A DNA stretch of 64,000 nt. Origin: Candidatus Blackburnbacteria bacterium. GTDB taxonomy: Bacteria; Patescibacteriota; Microgenomatia; UBA8517; UBA10165. The notes below the pieces were generated by a model. It was not told the origin of the DNA. It made no database searches and worked only from the letters and a program-made list of their open reading frames with translations. Positions 18,826 through 27,839 of the stretch are shown here, in pieces (within the stretch, counting starts at the first letter, position 1; each line of letters opens with the position of its first letter). The translations under genes and the position numbers were made by a program. The stretch spans positions 422,479-486,478 of the forward strand of contig JACPEJ010000001.1 in NCBI GenBank assembly GCA_016183565.1. The letters run 5' to 3'.

Positions 18826-19956
18826 ATGGCAAAAATCGGTATTGACGCGAGAATTTGGGGTGTAAAAAATACTGGTATTGGAAGATACACGGAAGAACTT
18901 GTAAAAAATCTTCAATTGGTTGATGAGGCAAATGAATATGTTGTCTTCTGTCGGAGGAGCAATTATGACGAGATTCCAATTTGCTCTGGTTGGAAAAAAG
19001 TAATTGCTGATATTCCACACTATACTTTGCAAGAGCAAGTAGAACTTCCTGGGATTTTTGCGAGAGAGAGATTGGATCTTTTACATGTTCCTCATTTTAA
19101 TGTACCGCTTTTTTATAAGGGTCGGTTTATTGTCACTATTCACGATATTCTTTGGCATCATACAAAAGATCATACTGCTACAACGTTGTCAGCTCCAGTT
19201 TATTTGGTTAAACATCTGGGGTATAGATTGGTTGTGAGAAATGCTGTAACTAGAGCTCGGAATATTATAGTTCCGAGTAATGTTGTTAAAAAGGATTTGG
19301 TTAGACAGTTTGATTTACCAAAGAATAAGGTGGTTGTTACGCATGAAGGAGTTACCAACGCAGTGTTGAGCATGAAGTATATAGAATCAAGTGCTTTGGT
19401 AAGATATGGGATTGAGAAACCATACCTTTTATATGTTGGTAATTTATATCCTCATAAGAACATTGAAATGTTAGTACCAGCTCTTAAGCGATATCATGAT
19501 TCGAATCATGATATCAAGCTTGTGGTAGTTAGTGGGCGTGATATATTCAAAGAAAACTCGGAGAAGATTATCCATAAAGAAAAAATGGAAGGTAATGTTA
19601 AAATACTTCACAAGGTTAATGATGAAGACCTGGCAATCCTTTATAAAAATGCGGTGGCTTTTGTGTTTCCCACGCTGTCTGAGGGATTTGGTTTGCCGGG
19701 GTTGGAGGCAATGAATTGTGGAACTCCTGTCTTGTGTTCCAGTATCCCAGTTCTTAAGGAGATTTATGGTGATGCTGCGTTATATTTTGATCCTTTAGAC
19801 GTGAACGATATTGCGGATAAGATTATGCGGATTTTTGCGGATGGCGAACTTAGGAGATGTTTGGTTCGTTTAGGTAAACAGCAGGTTAAAAAGTATTCGT
19901 GGAGAAAGATGGCTTCGGCGACACTTGCGGTTTACAAGGGTGTTCTTGCTCAATGA
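18826..19956 (+). CDS. Glycosyltransferase family 4
   Basis: 'EGFGLPGLEAMNCGTPVLCS' signature. The gene contains an intragenic copy of the 7290-7320 palindrome at 19489-19518. Confidence 0.8.
   Translation: MAKIGIDARIWGVKNTGIGRYTEELVKNLQLVDEANEYVVFCRRSNYDEIPICSGWKKVIADIPHYTLQEQVELPGIFARERLDLLHVPHFNVPLFYKGRFIVTIHDILWHHTKDHTATTLSAPVYLVKHLGYRLVVRNAVTRARNIIVPSNVVKKDLVRQFDLPKNKVVVTHEGVTNAVLSMKYIESSALVRYGIEKPYLLYVGNLYPHKNIEMLVPALKRYHDSNHDIKLVVVSGRDIFKENSEKIIHKEKMEGNVKILHKVNDEDLAILYKNAVAFVFPTLSEGFGLPGLEAMNCGTPVLCSSIPVLKEIYGDAALYFDPLDVNDIADKIMRIFADGELRRCLVRLGKQQVKKYSWRKMASATLAVYKGVLAQ
19489..19518. repeat. Intragenic copy of the 7290-7320 palindrome ('gcgatatcatgattcgaatcatgatatcaag') inside the GT4 gene, encoding KRYHDSNHDIK
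   Basis: A 24-28-nt perfect palindrome, identical to the intergenic copy. Confidence 0.5.
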
Positions 19957-21020
19957 AAATTGCACTTGTATATGATAGGGTGAATAAGTGGGGTGGGGCG
20001 GAAAGAGTTCTTCTTGCGTTTCATGAGATGTTCCCAGGCGCTCCTCTTTATACGTCTGTTTGTAATTTTCCACAAGCAAATTGGGCAGAAGTTTTTCCTG
20101 AGGTAATACCTTCTTTTTTACAAAAAATGCCTCTTGCGAAAACTCGGCATGACCTGTATCCCTGGTTGATGCCGATGGCGTTTGAGTCTTTTAATTTTGA
20201 TCAGTATGATGTTGTCGTTTCTGTTACCTCTGAATTTGCTAAAGGGATTATTACTAAACCGGGAACTTTCCATATTTGCTATTGTCTTACTCCAACTCGG
20301 TATCTTTGGAGTGGTTACAAGGGTTACTTAGGTACTTTTTTTAGAAGAACTGTTAGTGCGCCGCTTGTTTCTTATTTAAGAGATTGGGATTTGGTTTCGG
20401 CTCAACGGCCGGACGTAATCGTAGCGATTTCGAATACTGTTGCTGAGAGGATAAAGAGATATTATGGACGCGAAAGTGAAGTTATATACCCTCCTGTTGA
20501 TATTAAAATTCCAGAGGTGAGGCAGGTTTCCGATACTTCGCAGGGGTATTTTTTAATTGTATCGCGGCTTGTTCCTTATAAGAAGGTGGATATGGTTGTA
20601 GATGTGTTTAATAAGTTAAACTGGCCTTTGATAATAGTTGGAACGGGTAGTGAGGAGAATAAACTTAAAAAGAGGGCGAGGAGTAATGTTCGATTTGTTG
20701 GTCAAGTTGGAGACGTGGAGCTTGCTAAATATTATTCTCAGTGTGAAGCGTTGATTTTTCCGCAAGAAGAGGATTTTGGTTTGGTGGTTGTTGAGGTGCA
20801 AAAGGCAGGTAGACCGGTAATTGCTTATAGGAGAGGAGGAGCAGTGGAAACCATAGAAGAGGGGAGAACTGGTATGTTTTTTGAGGAGCAGATAGAGGAA
20901 TCTTTAATGGGAGTGTTGAGGAAATTTGATGAAGATGACTTTGATGTTGACGATTGTAAAAAGAATGCTAGAAAATTTAGCAAGGAGAATTTTTTTCGAG
21001 AATTTGCTAAACTGATTTAG
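19953..21020 (+). CDS. Glycosyltransferase family 4
   Basis: 'MKIALVYDRVNKWGGAERVL' N-terminus and GT-B C-terminal domain. The ATGA start overlaps the upstream stop. Confidence 0.75.
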   Translation: MKIALVYDRVNKWGGAERVLLAFHEMFPGAPLYTSVCNFPQANWAEVFPEVIPSFLQKMPLAKTRHDLYPWLMPMAFESFNFDQYDVVVSVTSEFAKGIITKPGTFHICYCLTPTRYLWSGYKGYLGTFFRRTVSAPLVSYLRDWDLVSAQRPDVIVAISNTVAERIKRYYGRESEVIYPPVDIKIPEVRQVSDTSQGYFLIVSRLVPYKKVDMVVDVFNKLNWPLIIVGTGSEENKLKKRARSNVRFVGQVGDVELAKYYSQCEALIFPQEEDFGLVVVEVQKAGRPVIAYRRGGAVETIEEGRTGMFFEEQIEESLMGVLRKFDEDDFDVDDCKKNARKFSKENFFREFAKLI

Positions 21021-21030
21021 GTAAACAAAA

Positions 21031-21669
21031 ATGGATTACATCATTATCAAGAGAATTCTTGATATTTTTTTGGCGCTTTTCTTGCTTGTTTTGTTTCTTC
21101 CTATAATGTTGACTGCTGCAGCCTTAATAAAGCTTACCTCGCCTGGTCCTGTTTTTGCTGATATGCCTAAGAGAGCTGGTAAAAGAGGAAAACCATTTCG
21201 TCTTTATAAATTTCGCTCTATGATTCCCGGGGCATATAATGTGATAAGAAAAAACCCAGAGTATAAGAAGCTTTTTCAGGAGTATCAGAAATCTGGGTAT
21301 AAACTTTATCAGGATCCTCGAATAACTCCGATGGGTCATTTTATAAGGAAATACTCTATTGATGAGATGCCCCAGCTTATGAATGTTTTGCGAGGTGAGA
21401 TGAGCCTGGTTGGCCCGAGGCCGTATTTTCCAAAAGAACTTGAAGAGCAACAAAGAAGATATCCTGGAACAGGGTATCTGATAAAAGAAGCGTTATCGGT
21501 AAAACCTGGGATTACGGGGATTTGGCAAGTTTCAGGTCGTTCTAATATTAACTTTGACAAACGAATTGCACTTGATGCATACTATGCGAGGCGGAATTCT
21601 CTTTTTCTTGATTTTAAGATTTTGCTTAAGACTCCTTGGGCGATGATACGTGGCAAGGGGGCAGTTTAG
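21031..21669 (+). CDS. Undecaprenyl-phosphate sugar phosphotransferase, short PglC/WbaP C-terminal-domain type (priming transferase)
   Basis: N-terminal TM 'LDIFLALFLLVLFLPIM', then 'SPGPVF...RxGKxGKPFxxYKFRSM' and 'SLVGPRP', which are diagnostic for the bacterial sugar transferase family. Confidence 0.85.
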   Translation: MDYIIIKRILDIFLALFLLVLFLPIMLTAAALIKLTSPGPVFADMPKRAGKRGKPFRLYKFRSMIPGAYNVIRKNPEYKKLFQEYQKSGYKLYQDPRITPMGHFIRKYSIDEMPQLMNVLRGEMSLVGPRPYFPKELEEQQRRYPGTGYLIKEALSVKPGITGIWQVSGRSNINFDKRIALDAYYARRNSLFLDFKILLKTPWAMIRGKGAV

Positions 21670-21721
21670 GTCTGGAATAGGTCCTGGAAATTGTTTTATT
21701 TGTTCTGTTAAAATAAATAAC

Positions 21722-23740
21722 ATGCCCGAAACGGAATTTATAAAGAAGATATCTCTTCCTGAAGAAAGTACTACTGTTGTTCAATCTGATGATTCGGCTC
21801 AGTCTGGGTCTTCTTCTAGCCTGACTAAGACAAGCTTGTTCTCTTCGTTTGCTGGTGCGCGAGGGCGGTTTGGTTGGTCAAGTTTTCCTGGGGGTATTTT
21901 TGGTAAGTGGGGGGTTATGGTTCTTTCAATTTTGGTAGTTTTAGTACTTCTAGTTCTTCTACCGACTTTATACATAGCTAATAGCGCAAAGAAGGTTATT
22001 TCTTCAGGTCGGGAACTACAAAGCGCGTTCCAAGCCCAAGACTTAGATCAAATAGATGCAGCTTTGAAGAAAACAAAGGGTGATTTGGAATCGTTTGATA
22101 AGAGTGTCAATATTCTTGCGTGGATGAAGGTTGTACCGTTTGCAGGTGGATACTGGAGCGATTTGAAGCACTTGACTACGGGGAGTAAAGCAGGAATTGA
22201 AGCGGGTGAAATTGTTCTAAAAACCATCGAACCTTATGCAGATATTTTGGGATTTGCTGGAGGCAAGCAGGCAGCGGATGGATCACAGACTGCAGAGGAT
22301 AGAATTAATTTTATAGTAGAGACTGTTGATCAAATTATTCCCCAAATTGATTCAATCTCTGAGAAGACGCAGATTATGGCCGGGGAGTTTGGGAAGATAG
22401 ATCCTAATCGATACCCTCAGTATTTCCGAGGTAAAGAAATACAAGGTACTGTTCGGAAGGCAATTGAGGCAGTGGATCGTGTTAATGAGTTGGCAACTGA
22501 TGGCAAGCCAGTTCTTAAGCAGTTACCATATCTTCTTGGAATTGGGCAAGAGAGGGAGTATCTTTTTTTGTGGCAGAATGATAAAGAGCTCCGGCCGACT
22601 GGAGGTTTTATAACAGCGTATTCGATTGTTAAGGTTAAGGATGGCAAGATAGAGCCGGTAGCCTCAAACGATATCTACAATCTTGATAATCAGTTCAAAA
22701 GCAAGCTTCCAGCTCCTGAACCAATTAAAAAGTATTTGCCACTTGTTAATTATTGGAACTTGCGAGACATGAATCTTTCTCCTGATTTTAAGGTTTCTAT
22801 GGATACTTTTTCTGAGAATTATAATTCTATAAAGAAGGCTGCTCCGTATGATGGAATAATTTCTGTTGATTCATATCTTTTAGTGGATCTTCTCAAGGTA
22901 ATGGGTTGGATAGGTGTACCTGGGTTTGGTAATTTTTCTGCTGAGAATGATTCTAGATGCAACTGCCCGGTTGTTATCTACGAGCTGGAGTCTTATGCTG
23001 ATGTTGCGGGACCGATTGTTTGGGATGATATTTCAGGAAAAATTGTTTATAAGCCACCGCATGCTGATAACCGGAAGGCAATACTTGGACCATTGATGAA
23101 TACACTTGTGGCAAATGCGATGGGGCAGCCTAAGGAAAAAATACCTAGTCTTTTTGAGGCTGGGTGGAATGCTTTGATGCAGAAACATGTTATGTTTTAC
23201 TTCAAAGATAGCGAGGTACAGCGGGCTCTTGAGACTTTTAATTTGGCAGGTAGGGTGAAGGATTACGAAGGAGATTATCTTCATATAAATGACACTAATT
23301 TCGCGGGGGCGAAGTCTAATATGTATGTTGAGGAGGAAGCTGATTTGTCGGTTGAGGTGGGCAAGGATGGTACGACTAATATGTTGACAATTAAGTATAA
23401 GAACCCACAGAAAGCTGATGGGTGGCTTAATGGTCCGTACCGAGATTGGTTCAGAGTCTATGTTCCAAAAGGTTCGATTTTGGTGGATTCTTCAGGTTCG
23501 GAAGTTCCTGTGTCTGCTTCTGAAGATTTAGGCAAGACTGTTTTTGAAGGATTCTTTACTCTTAGGCCGATGGGGGTAGTTGAGGTTAAGTTGCAATATA
23601 AGACACCGATTAAGAAGAATGGTGATTATAAGCTTCTTGTTCAGAAACAGCCTGGGACAGGGGGTAACTTGTACAAAGTTCAGGTTGGTAGGAAGTCTGA
23701 GGAATTTAAACTTGTGACTGACAGAGAGCTGAAGTTTTAA
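21722..23740 (+). CDS. Membrane-anchored extracytoplasmic protein, DUF4012-like
   Basis: N-terminal TM, then a large soluble domain containing 'EREYLFLWQNDKELRPTGGFITAY', which resembles the DUF4012 core (YLxLxQNxxExRxTGGF). Start trimmed to the ATG at 21722. Confidence 0.5.
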   Translation: MPETEFIKKISLPEESTTVVQSDDSAQSGSSSSLTKTSLFSSFAGARGRFGWSSFPGGIFGKWGVMVLSILVVLVLLVLLPTLYIANSAKKVISSGRELQSAFQAQDLDQIDAALKKTKGDLESFDKSVNILAWMKVVPFAGGYWSDLKHLTTGSKAGIEAGEIVLKTIEPYADILGFAGGKQAADGSQTAEDRINFIVETVDQIIPQIDSISEKTQIMAGEFGKIDPNRYPQYFRGKEIQGTVRKAIEAVDRVNELATDGKPVLKQLPYLLGIGQEREYLFLWQNDKELRPTGGFITAYSIVKVKDGKIEPVASNDIYNLDNQFKSKLPAPEPIKKYLPLVNYWNLRDMNLSPDFKVSMDTFSENYNSIKKAAPYDGIISVDSYLLVDLLKVMGWIGVPGFGNFSAENDSRCNCPVVIYELESYADVAGPIVWDDISGKIVYKPPHADNRKAILGPLMNTLVANAMGQPKEKIPSLFEAGWNALMQKHVMFYFKDSEVQRALETFNLAGRVKDYEGDYLHINDTNFAGAKSNMYVEEEADLSVEVGKDGTTNMLTIKYKNPQKADGWLNGPYRDWFRVYVPKGSILVDSSGSEVPVSASEDLGKTVFEGFFTLRPMGVVEVKLQYKTPIKKNGDYKLLVQKQPGTGGNLYKVQVGRKSEEFKLVTDRELKF

Positions 23741-23751
23741 TAATTTTTCGG

Positions 23752-23862
23752 AAGCGGGGCCTGCCACTCGCCAGCCCCACGGCCATTCCACCGGCTAACA
23801 AGCACGGGGCCCCTTCCGTGGGGCTCCCCGTCTCGTGTCACCCGCTTTTTCTTAAAACTGGT
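23752..23862 (+). other. GC-rich structured element with nested inverted repeats (gccccacgg...ccgtggggc; gcgggg...cacccgc) ending in a T-tract. Candidate terminator or small structured RNA.
   Basis: About 110 nt at >65% GC in a ~40% GC background, with nested perfect inverted repeats followed by 'cttttt'. Confidence 0.3.
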
Positions 23863-23873
23863 AAAATTTCATT

Positions 23874-24431
23874 GTGGAATATCGTACATTTTCGACAGAA
23901 GGGATAATACTGGCGCGTCGTAATTTTGGCGAGGCTGATCGGCTTCTTACGGTTTTTTCTAAGCATTATGGAAAGATTCGCGCTATAGCAAAAGGGGTGC
24001 GGCGCCCCAGCTCGCGCAAGCGTGGTTCTTTAGAGCTTTTTAGTTGCGCGAAGCTATTGTTTACCAAAGGGAGAAATATAGACTTAATAACAGATGTTGA
24101 ACTTAAGGATGGTTTCTCTTCTTGGCGTAAAGATCTTTTGAGGGTAGGTATTGCATATCATCTTTGCGAGGTGGTTAATAGACTTACCGTAGAAGGTCAG
24201 GAGCATAGGGAGATTTTTGAGCTGCTTTTTGATTCTTTGGGAAGTTTGGCTGAAACAGATTATTGGCAATTGCATGGTCTTGTTTATTCATTTAAGGTTT
24301 TTGTGCTTCAAGAATTAGGGTTTTTGGAAAGAGAAAGGTCTGCACCTGGGGATATTGACCGATATATAGAAAGCATAATAGATGGGCCTTTGCGCACAAA
24401 GAGGTTTTTAAAGAATTTAAAGAACGGATGA
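23874..24431 (+). CDS. recO: DNA repair protein RecO (short form)
   Basis: The N-terminal OB-fold pattern 'EGIILARRNFGEADRLLTVFSKHYGKIRAIAKGVRRPSSRKRGSLELF' matches the conserved RecO N-domain. Confidence 0.75.
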   Translation: MEYRTFSTEGIILARRNFGEADRLLTVFSKHYGKIRAIAKGVRRPSSRKRGSLELFSCAKLLFTKGRNIDLITDVELKDGFSSWRKDLLRVGIAYHLCEVVNRLTVEGQEHREIFELLFDSLGSLAETDYWQLHGLVYSFKVFVLQELGFLERERSAPGDIDRYIESIIDGPLRTKRFLKNLKNG

Positions 24432-24625
24432 CATGGGGTGTTAGAATTATTTCTATGGCAACAGCGGAAAGAAGTGCTAGTGTTGAGAGGAAGACAAGGT
24501 GGGTTGATGTAGCAATTGCGGTTGCTGGTTTTGTAGTGGGAATTGATGTAATCCAAAAAAATTTAGTTGCTGGTGCCGCAATACTTCTCGGCAGTTATTG
24601 GGTTCTAAAAAACAGCAGATATTGA
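24428..24625 (+). CDS. Hypothetical small membrane protein
   Basis: 65 aa with two hydrophobic segments. Its start overlaps the recO stop, suggesting coupling. Confidence 0.3.
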   Translation: MTWGVRIISMATAERSASVERKTRWVDVAIAVAGFVVGIDVIQKNLVAGAAILLGSYWVLKNSRY

Positions 24626-24649
24626 TTATTGATTTGTTTTCTTCGTAAA

Positions 24650-24693
24650 ATCACCTTATAAAATCACCTTAGAGGTGGATTAGCTTGACACAT
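24650..24693. repeat. REP-like palindromic element flanking the 3' side of the transposase gene ('caccttagaggtgg' core plus 'attagcttgacac')
   Basis: The near-perfect palindrome 'ccacctNNNaggtgg' matches a dispersed family seen at 25405, 31404, 36373, 51590, 53920, 55551 and 61105. Confidence 0.6.
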
Positions 24694-24706
24694 CTGGTAA
24701 AACGTT

Positions 24707-25396
24707 TCATTCCAGGATCAGATGTTTAATTCTTTCTAATTGTCTTTGATAATCTGCTTGATCAAATATGAACTTTTTGAAGGTCTCTAAAGATTTGAAG
24801 TGAGCAAGGATAGTTTGAGTATCAATTGATTGATTTTCTTCTAAACCTAAGTATTTGCGGAGTGAGGAGTATTTGTAGGAGAGCAGGTCGTTAGTAGTCT
24901 TTACGATGTACGAGCTATAGGGATTTAGGTGGATGTATCTGGTGACATGAAGAAGCTGTTCCTCGCTTTCTATTCGCACAGCCTGAAATTTTCCTTTGAA
25001 TAGTGGTCCTTCTCTTTTGTTTTTGATATTGAAATAGCGAGTGTGGCTGTTTGTGATATTGGCTGTGTATTTGGCAGTGCCATTGTTTTCTGTCTGCTTG
25101 ATTAATAAATGGAAGTGGTTAGGCATCAGACAGTAGGCTACAATGTCCACAATAAATTGCTTTTTCTTGTTGAGGTAGTTTAGGATTTCTGACTTCTGTT
25201 CGGAGTGTAAAGTCGCAAGTTTAGATAGTCGGATTGGTATGTCTTTATTCTGGTAGTAGAACATTGTTTCAAGGAAACGGTTATAGTCTCTTTTTGTGTT
25301 AAAAGTTGGTTGTCCAGCAATGCCCTTGTTAAATATATGGTAAATTTCTCCGGTGACTAGGGGAATATCTCTTCCTGGCATTGTTCTATATTGCAC
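24707..25396 (-). CDS. IS200/IS605-family Y1 (HUH) transposase, REP-associated tyrosine transposase (RAYT)-like
   Basis: 'YCLMPNHFHLLIKQ' is the HUH motif of Transposase_17. At 229 aa the protein is larger than IS200 TnpA. The gene is flanked on both sides by REP-like palindromes. Confidence 0.8.
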   Translation of the reverse strand: MQYRTMPGRDIPLVTGEIYHIFNKGIAGQPTFNTKRDYNRFLETMFYYQNKDIPIRLSKLATLHSEQKSEILNYLNKKKQFIVDIVAYCLMPNHFHLLIKQTENNGTAKYTANITNSHTRYFNIKNKREGPLFKGKFQAVRIESEEQLLHVTRYIHLNPYSSYIVKTTNDLLSYKYSSLRKYLGLEENQSIDTQTILAHFKSLETFKKFIFDQADYQRQLERIKHLILE

Positions 25397-25404
25397 AAAA
25401 ATAC

Positions 25405-25438
25405 CAGAGGTGTCAATAGAGTTCCACCTTAGAGGTGT
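25405..25438. repeat. REP-like palindromic element flanking the 5' side of the transposase gene ('ccagaggtgtcaatagagttccaccttagaggtg')
   Basis: It has the same architecture as the elements at 31404-31461 and 36373-36410. Confidence 0.6.
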
Positions 25439-25507
25439 CTTTTTCTGACCAGATTTGCTGGGGTTGTAGCTTTGCTGTTAGCTTTGCTGAGGTGTTTTCT
25501 GGTATAG

Positions 25508-26806
25508 TTGGATCGTGATATGAAGAATTTATTAATGGAAAAGGTTGTTTCTTTGTGTAAGCGGCGGGGTTTTGTTTTTCCGGGCTCTCTGATTTATGGG
25601 GGGTTGGCGAATACTTGGGATTACGGGCCTTTGGGAACTTGTCTACTTCAAAATATTCGGAGTCTTTGGTGGGAGCGTTTTGTAACCAAAAGAGATGATA
25701 TTTATCCTTTGGAGACGGGGATAATTATGAATCCCAGGGTTTGGCAAGCATCGGGCCATACTGCTTCGTTTACAGATCCTCTTGTTGAGTGTAAGGTTTG
25801 TCACCAAAGATTTCGAGCGGACCATGAGGTTCCAGAGAGCGGTGATCATAAACACGATCTTACAGAGCCTCGAAGTTTTAATTTGATGTTTGAAACACAT
25901 ATTGGTCCGGTTGAGGATACTTCTAACGCGGCCTATCTTAGGCCGGAAACAGCACAAGGAATGTTTGTAAACTTCAAGAATGTTTTGACTACGGAACGTC
26001 CTAGCTTGCCGTTTGGTATTGCACAGATCGGAAAAGCTTTTAGAAACGAAATAACTCCTGGTAATTTTATTTTTAGAACTCTTGAGTTTGAGCAAATGGA
26101 GATTGAATATTTTGTGCATCCTGAACATTGGGAAGAAGCTTTTGAGAGTTGGAAAGAGTCTATGTGGAAGTGGCTTTTGGATTTGGGCGTAAAAGAAGAA
26201 AATCTTAAGTGGAGAGCTCATGCAAAAGATGAGCTCTCACACTATTCGAAAAGGACGGAAGATATTGAGTATGAGTTTCCGTTTGGGTGGGGAGAGCTTT
26301 ATGGGTTAGCATACAGAGCTGATTTTGATCTTAGAAATCATTCTGAGAAATCTTCTGAAGATCTTATGTTTACGGATCCGGCTACAAACGCGAAATTCTT
26401 TCCGCACGTTGTTGAACCAACATTTGGTGTTAACAGGACTGCCTTAACTTTGCTTTTGGATGCATATACAGAGGAGGGTGATCGTGTGGTGTTGAAGTTG
26501 AACCCTAAGGTGGCACCATACAAAGTTGCTGTATTTCCATTGGTTGCAAATAGAGAGGAGATAGTTGGTAAGGCAAGAGAAATCTATAATGGTTTTAGAC
26601 TTAGGCTGTCTACTGTTTGGGATAATAGAGGTAACATTGGGAAAAGATATTATGCTCAAGATGAGATAGGGACTCCTTGGTGTGTAACTGTTGATTATCA
26701 GACACTTGAAGATAAAACAGTAACAGTAAGAGATAGAGATAGTGCAGAACAGATTCGAGTGAAGATTGATAAATTGCTCGAGTGGTTTAGTGAGAAATTG
26801 AAGTAG
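25508..26806 (+). CDS. glyQS: Glycine--tRNA ligase (alpha2 GlyQS type)
   Basis: 'MEKVVSLCKRRGFVFPGSLIYGGLANTWDYGPLG' is the canonical GlyRS N-terminus, followed by class II motifs. Confidence 0.9.
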   Translation: MDRDMKNLLMEKVVSLCKRRGFVFPGSLIYGGLANTWDYGPLGTCLLQNIRSLWWERFVTKRDDIYPLETGIIMNPRVWQASGHTASFTDPLVECKVCHQRFRADHEVPESGDHKHDLTEPRSFNLMFETHIGPVEDTSNAAYLRPETAQGMFVNFKNVLTTERPSLPFGIAQIGKAFRNEITPGNFIFRTLEFEQMEIEYFVHPEHWEEAFESWKESMWKWLLDLGVKEENLKWRAHAKDELSHYSKRTEDIEYEFPFGWGELYGLAYRADFDLRNHSEKSSEDLMFTDPATNAKFFPHVVEPTFGVNRTALTLLLDAYTEEGDRVVLKLNPKVAPYKVAVFPLVANREEIVGKAREIYNGFRLRLSTVWDNRGNIGKRYYAQDEIGTPWCVTVDYQTLEDKTVTVRDRDSAEQIRVKIDKLLEWFSEKLK

Positions 26807-26849
26807 CGGACCACTTGACATGTTGTCTTTAAAAATGAAAGAATAGGTT

Positions 26850-27626
26850 TTGGATATGAAAAAAGCGCTGCCTGTTATTGTTGTAGTTTTGATCGGACTT
26901 TTGGTTGGTGGAGGTGCAGTTTTTGGTTGGAAGAGATTAAGTCAGCCGCCGAAAGAAGAGGGAGAAGTTTCTGCTCCGGAACAGGTTTTGAAAGAGCTTT
27001 CTCTTAGTGAGCGTCCCTATACTTCACTTACTCCTGGTTCCAGCTGCGAATATACATTAGTACTTCAAAGAATTCAGGGGAATCCAGATAAGATTGAGTA
27101 TGAGATTGTCTACAAGGATGAAAAGGGAGTGACCCAAGGCGCTTCTGGTACTATTACTCCGAAAGGAAAGACAAATGCAGAGAAGAAAGTTTTGTTTGGC
27201 ACAGAGTCTTCGGGTCATAGAAGGTGTGACAAGGGGGTAGAGGGAGGTAATATTGTTTTAAGATATAGAAATCCTGAGGGTAAGTTGACGGCGAAGATGG
27301 AGACGGAGTTTGGTGTATATGAGAATACACGTTTTATTAAATTAAGCAGCAATTTTGATTTGGCTTTGCCCTCATCAGTTACTCTGATTACTACCAAGTA
27401 TTTGAGTATGGGTACTATTGGATTGCCTGGATTGTCGGATGAGGCTCCAGGGAGAGTTGTGGCTGGCCCATATGCAGTTTTTCCGGATGGGTCTTTGAAA
27501 AGAGACGCGACAGTTGATATTTCTGGGAGTGGGAAGCTTTATGGTTGGGATGGTTCAAAATGGGTGGAACTTAGTGATGGTAAGTCTTCTTTCCTCGGGA
27601 CGTATATTCTTGTAGCTTCAGAGTAA
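26850..27626 (+). CDS. Hypothetical secreted or membrane-anchored protein
   Basis: N-terminal TM anchor 'LPVIVVVLIGLLVGGGAVFGW', then a soluble domain. Confidence 0.45.
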   Translation: MDMKKALPVIVVVLIGLLVGGGAVFGWKRLSQPPKEEGEVSAPEQVLKELSLSERPYTSLTPGSSCEYTLVLQRIQGNPDKIEYEIVYKDEKGVTQGASGTITPKGKTNAEKKVLFGTESSGHRRCDKGVEGGNIVLRYRNPEGKLTAKMETEFGVYENTRFIKLSSNFDLALPSSVTLITTKYLSMGTIGLPGLSDEAPGRVVAGPYAVFPDGSLKRDATVDISGSGKLYGWDGSKWVELSDGKSSFLGTYILVASE

Positions 27627-27767
27627 ATTTTTTATGACATCCACTCGTTGGTTGTGAAACTGCTACTTCCCGCCGCATTTTCGCATTCGGCTTTTTAGTA
27701 TTGTTCATACACGCCTCATGCCAAAATTGCTGGCGGGTGCGCCCCAATTGTGTTAACCAATTGGGGC

Positions 27768-27796
27768 TTGACATGTCGTGAAAACCGGGCAATAAT
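27768..27796 (+). promoter_or_regulatory. Candidate sigma70-type promoter of the dcw cluster (TTGACA-17 nt-AATAAT), preceded by a 9-nt inverted repeat
   Basis: 'ttgaca' at 27768, a 17-nt spacer, then 'aataat'. The inverted repeat 'ccccaattg...caattgggg' lies immediately upstream at 27741-27766. Confidence 0.4.
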
Positions 27797-27839
27797 GGAT
27801 AGAAGTAGTGAAAAGTAGTGACCTGTCCTACTAGATATC

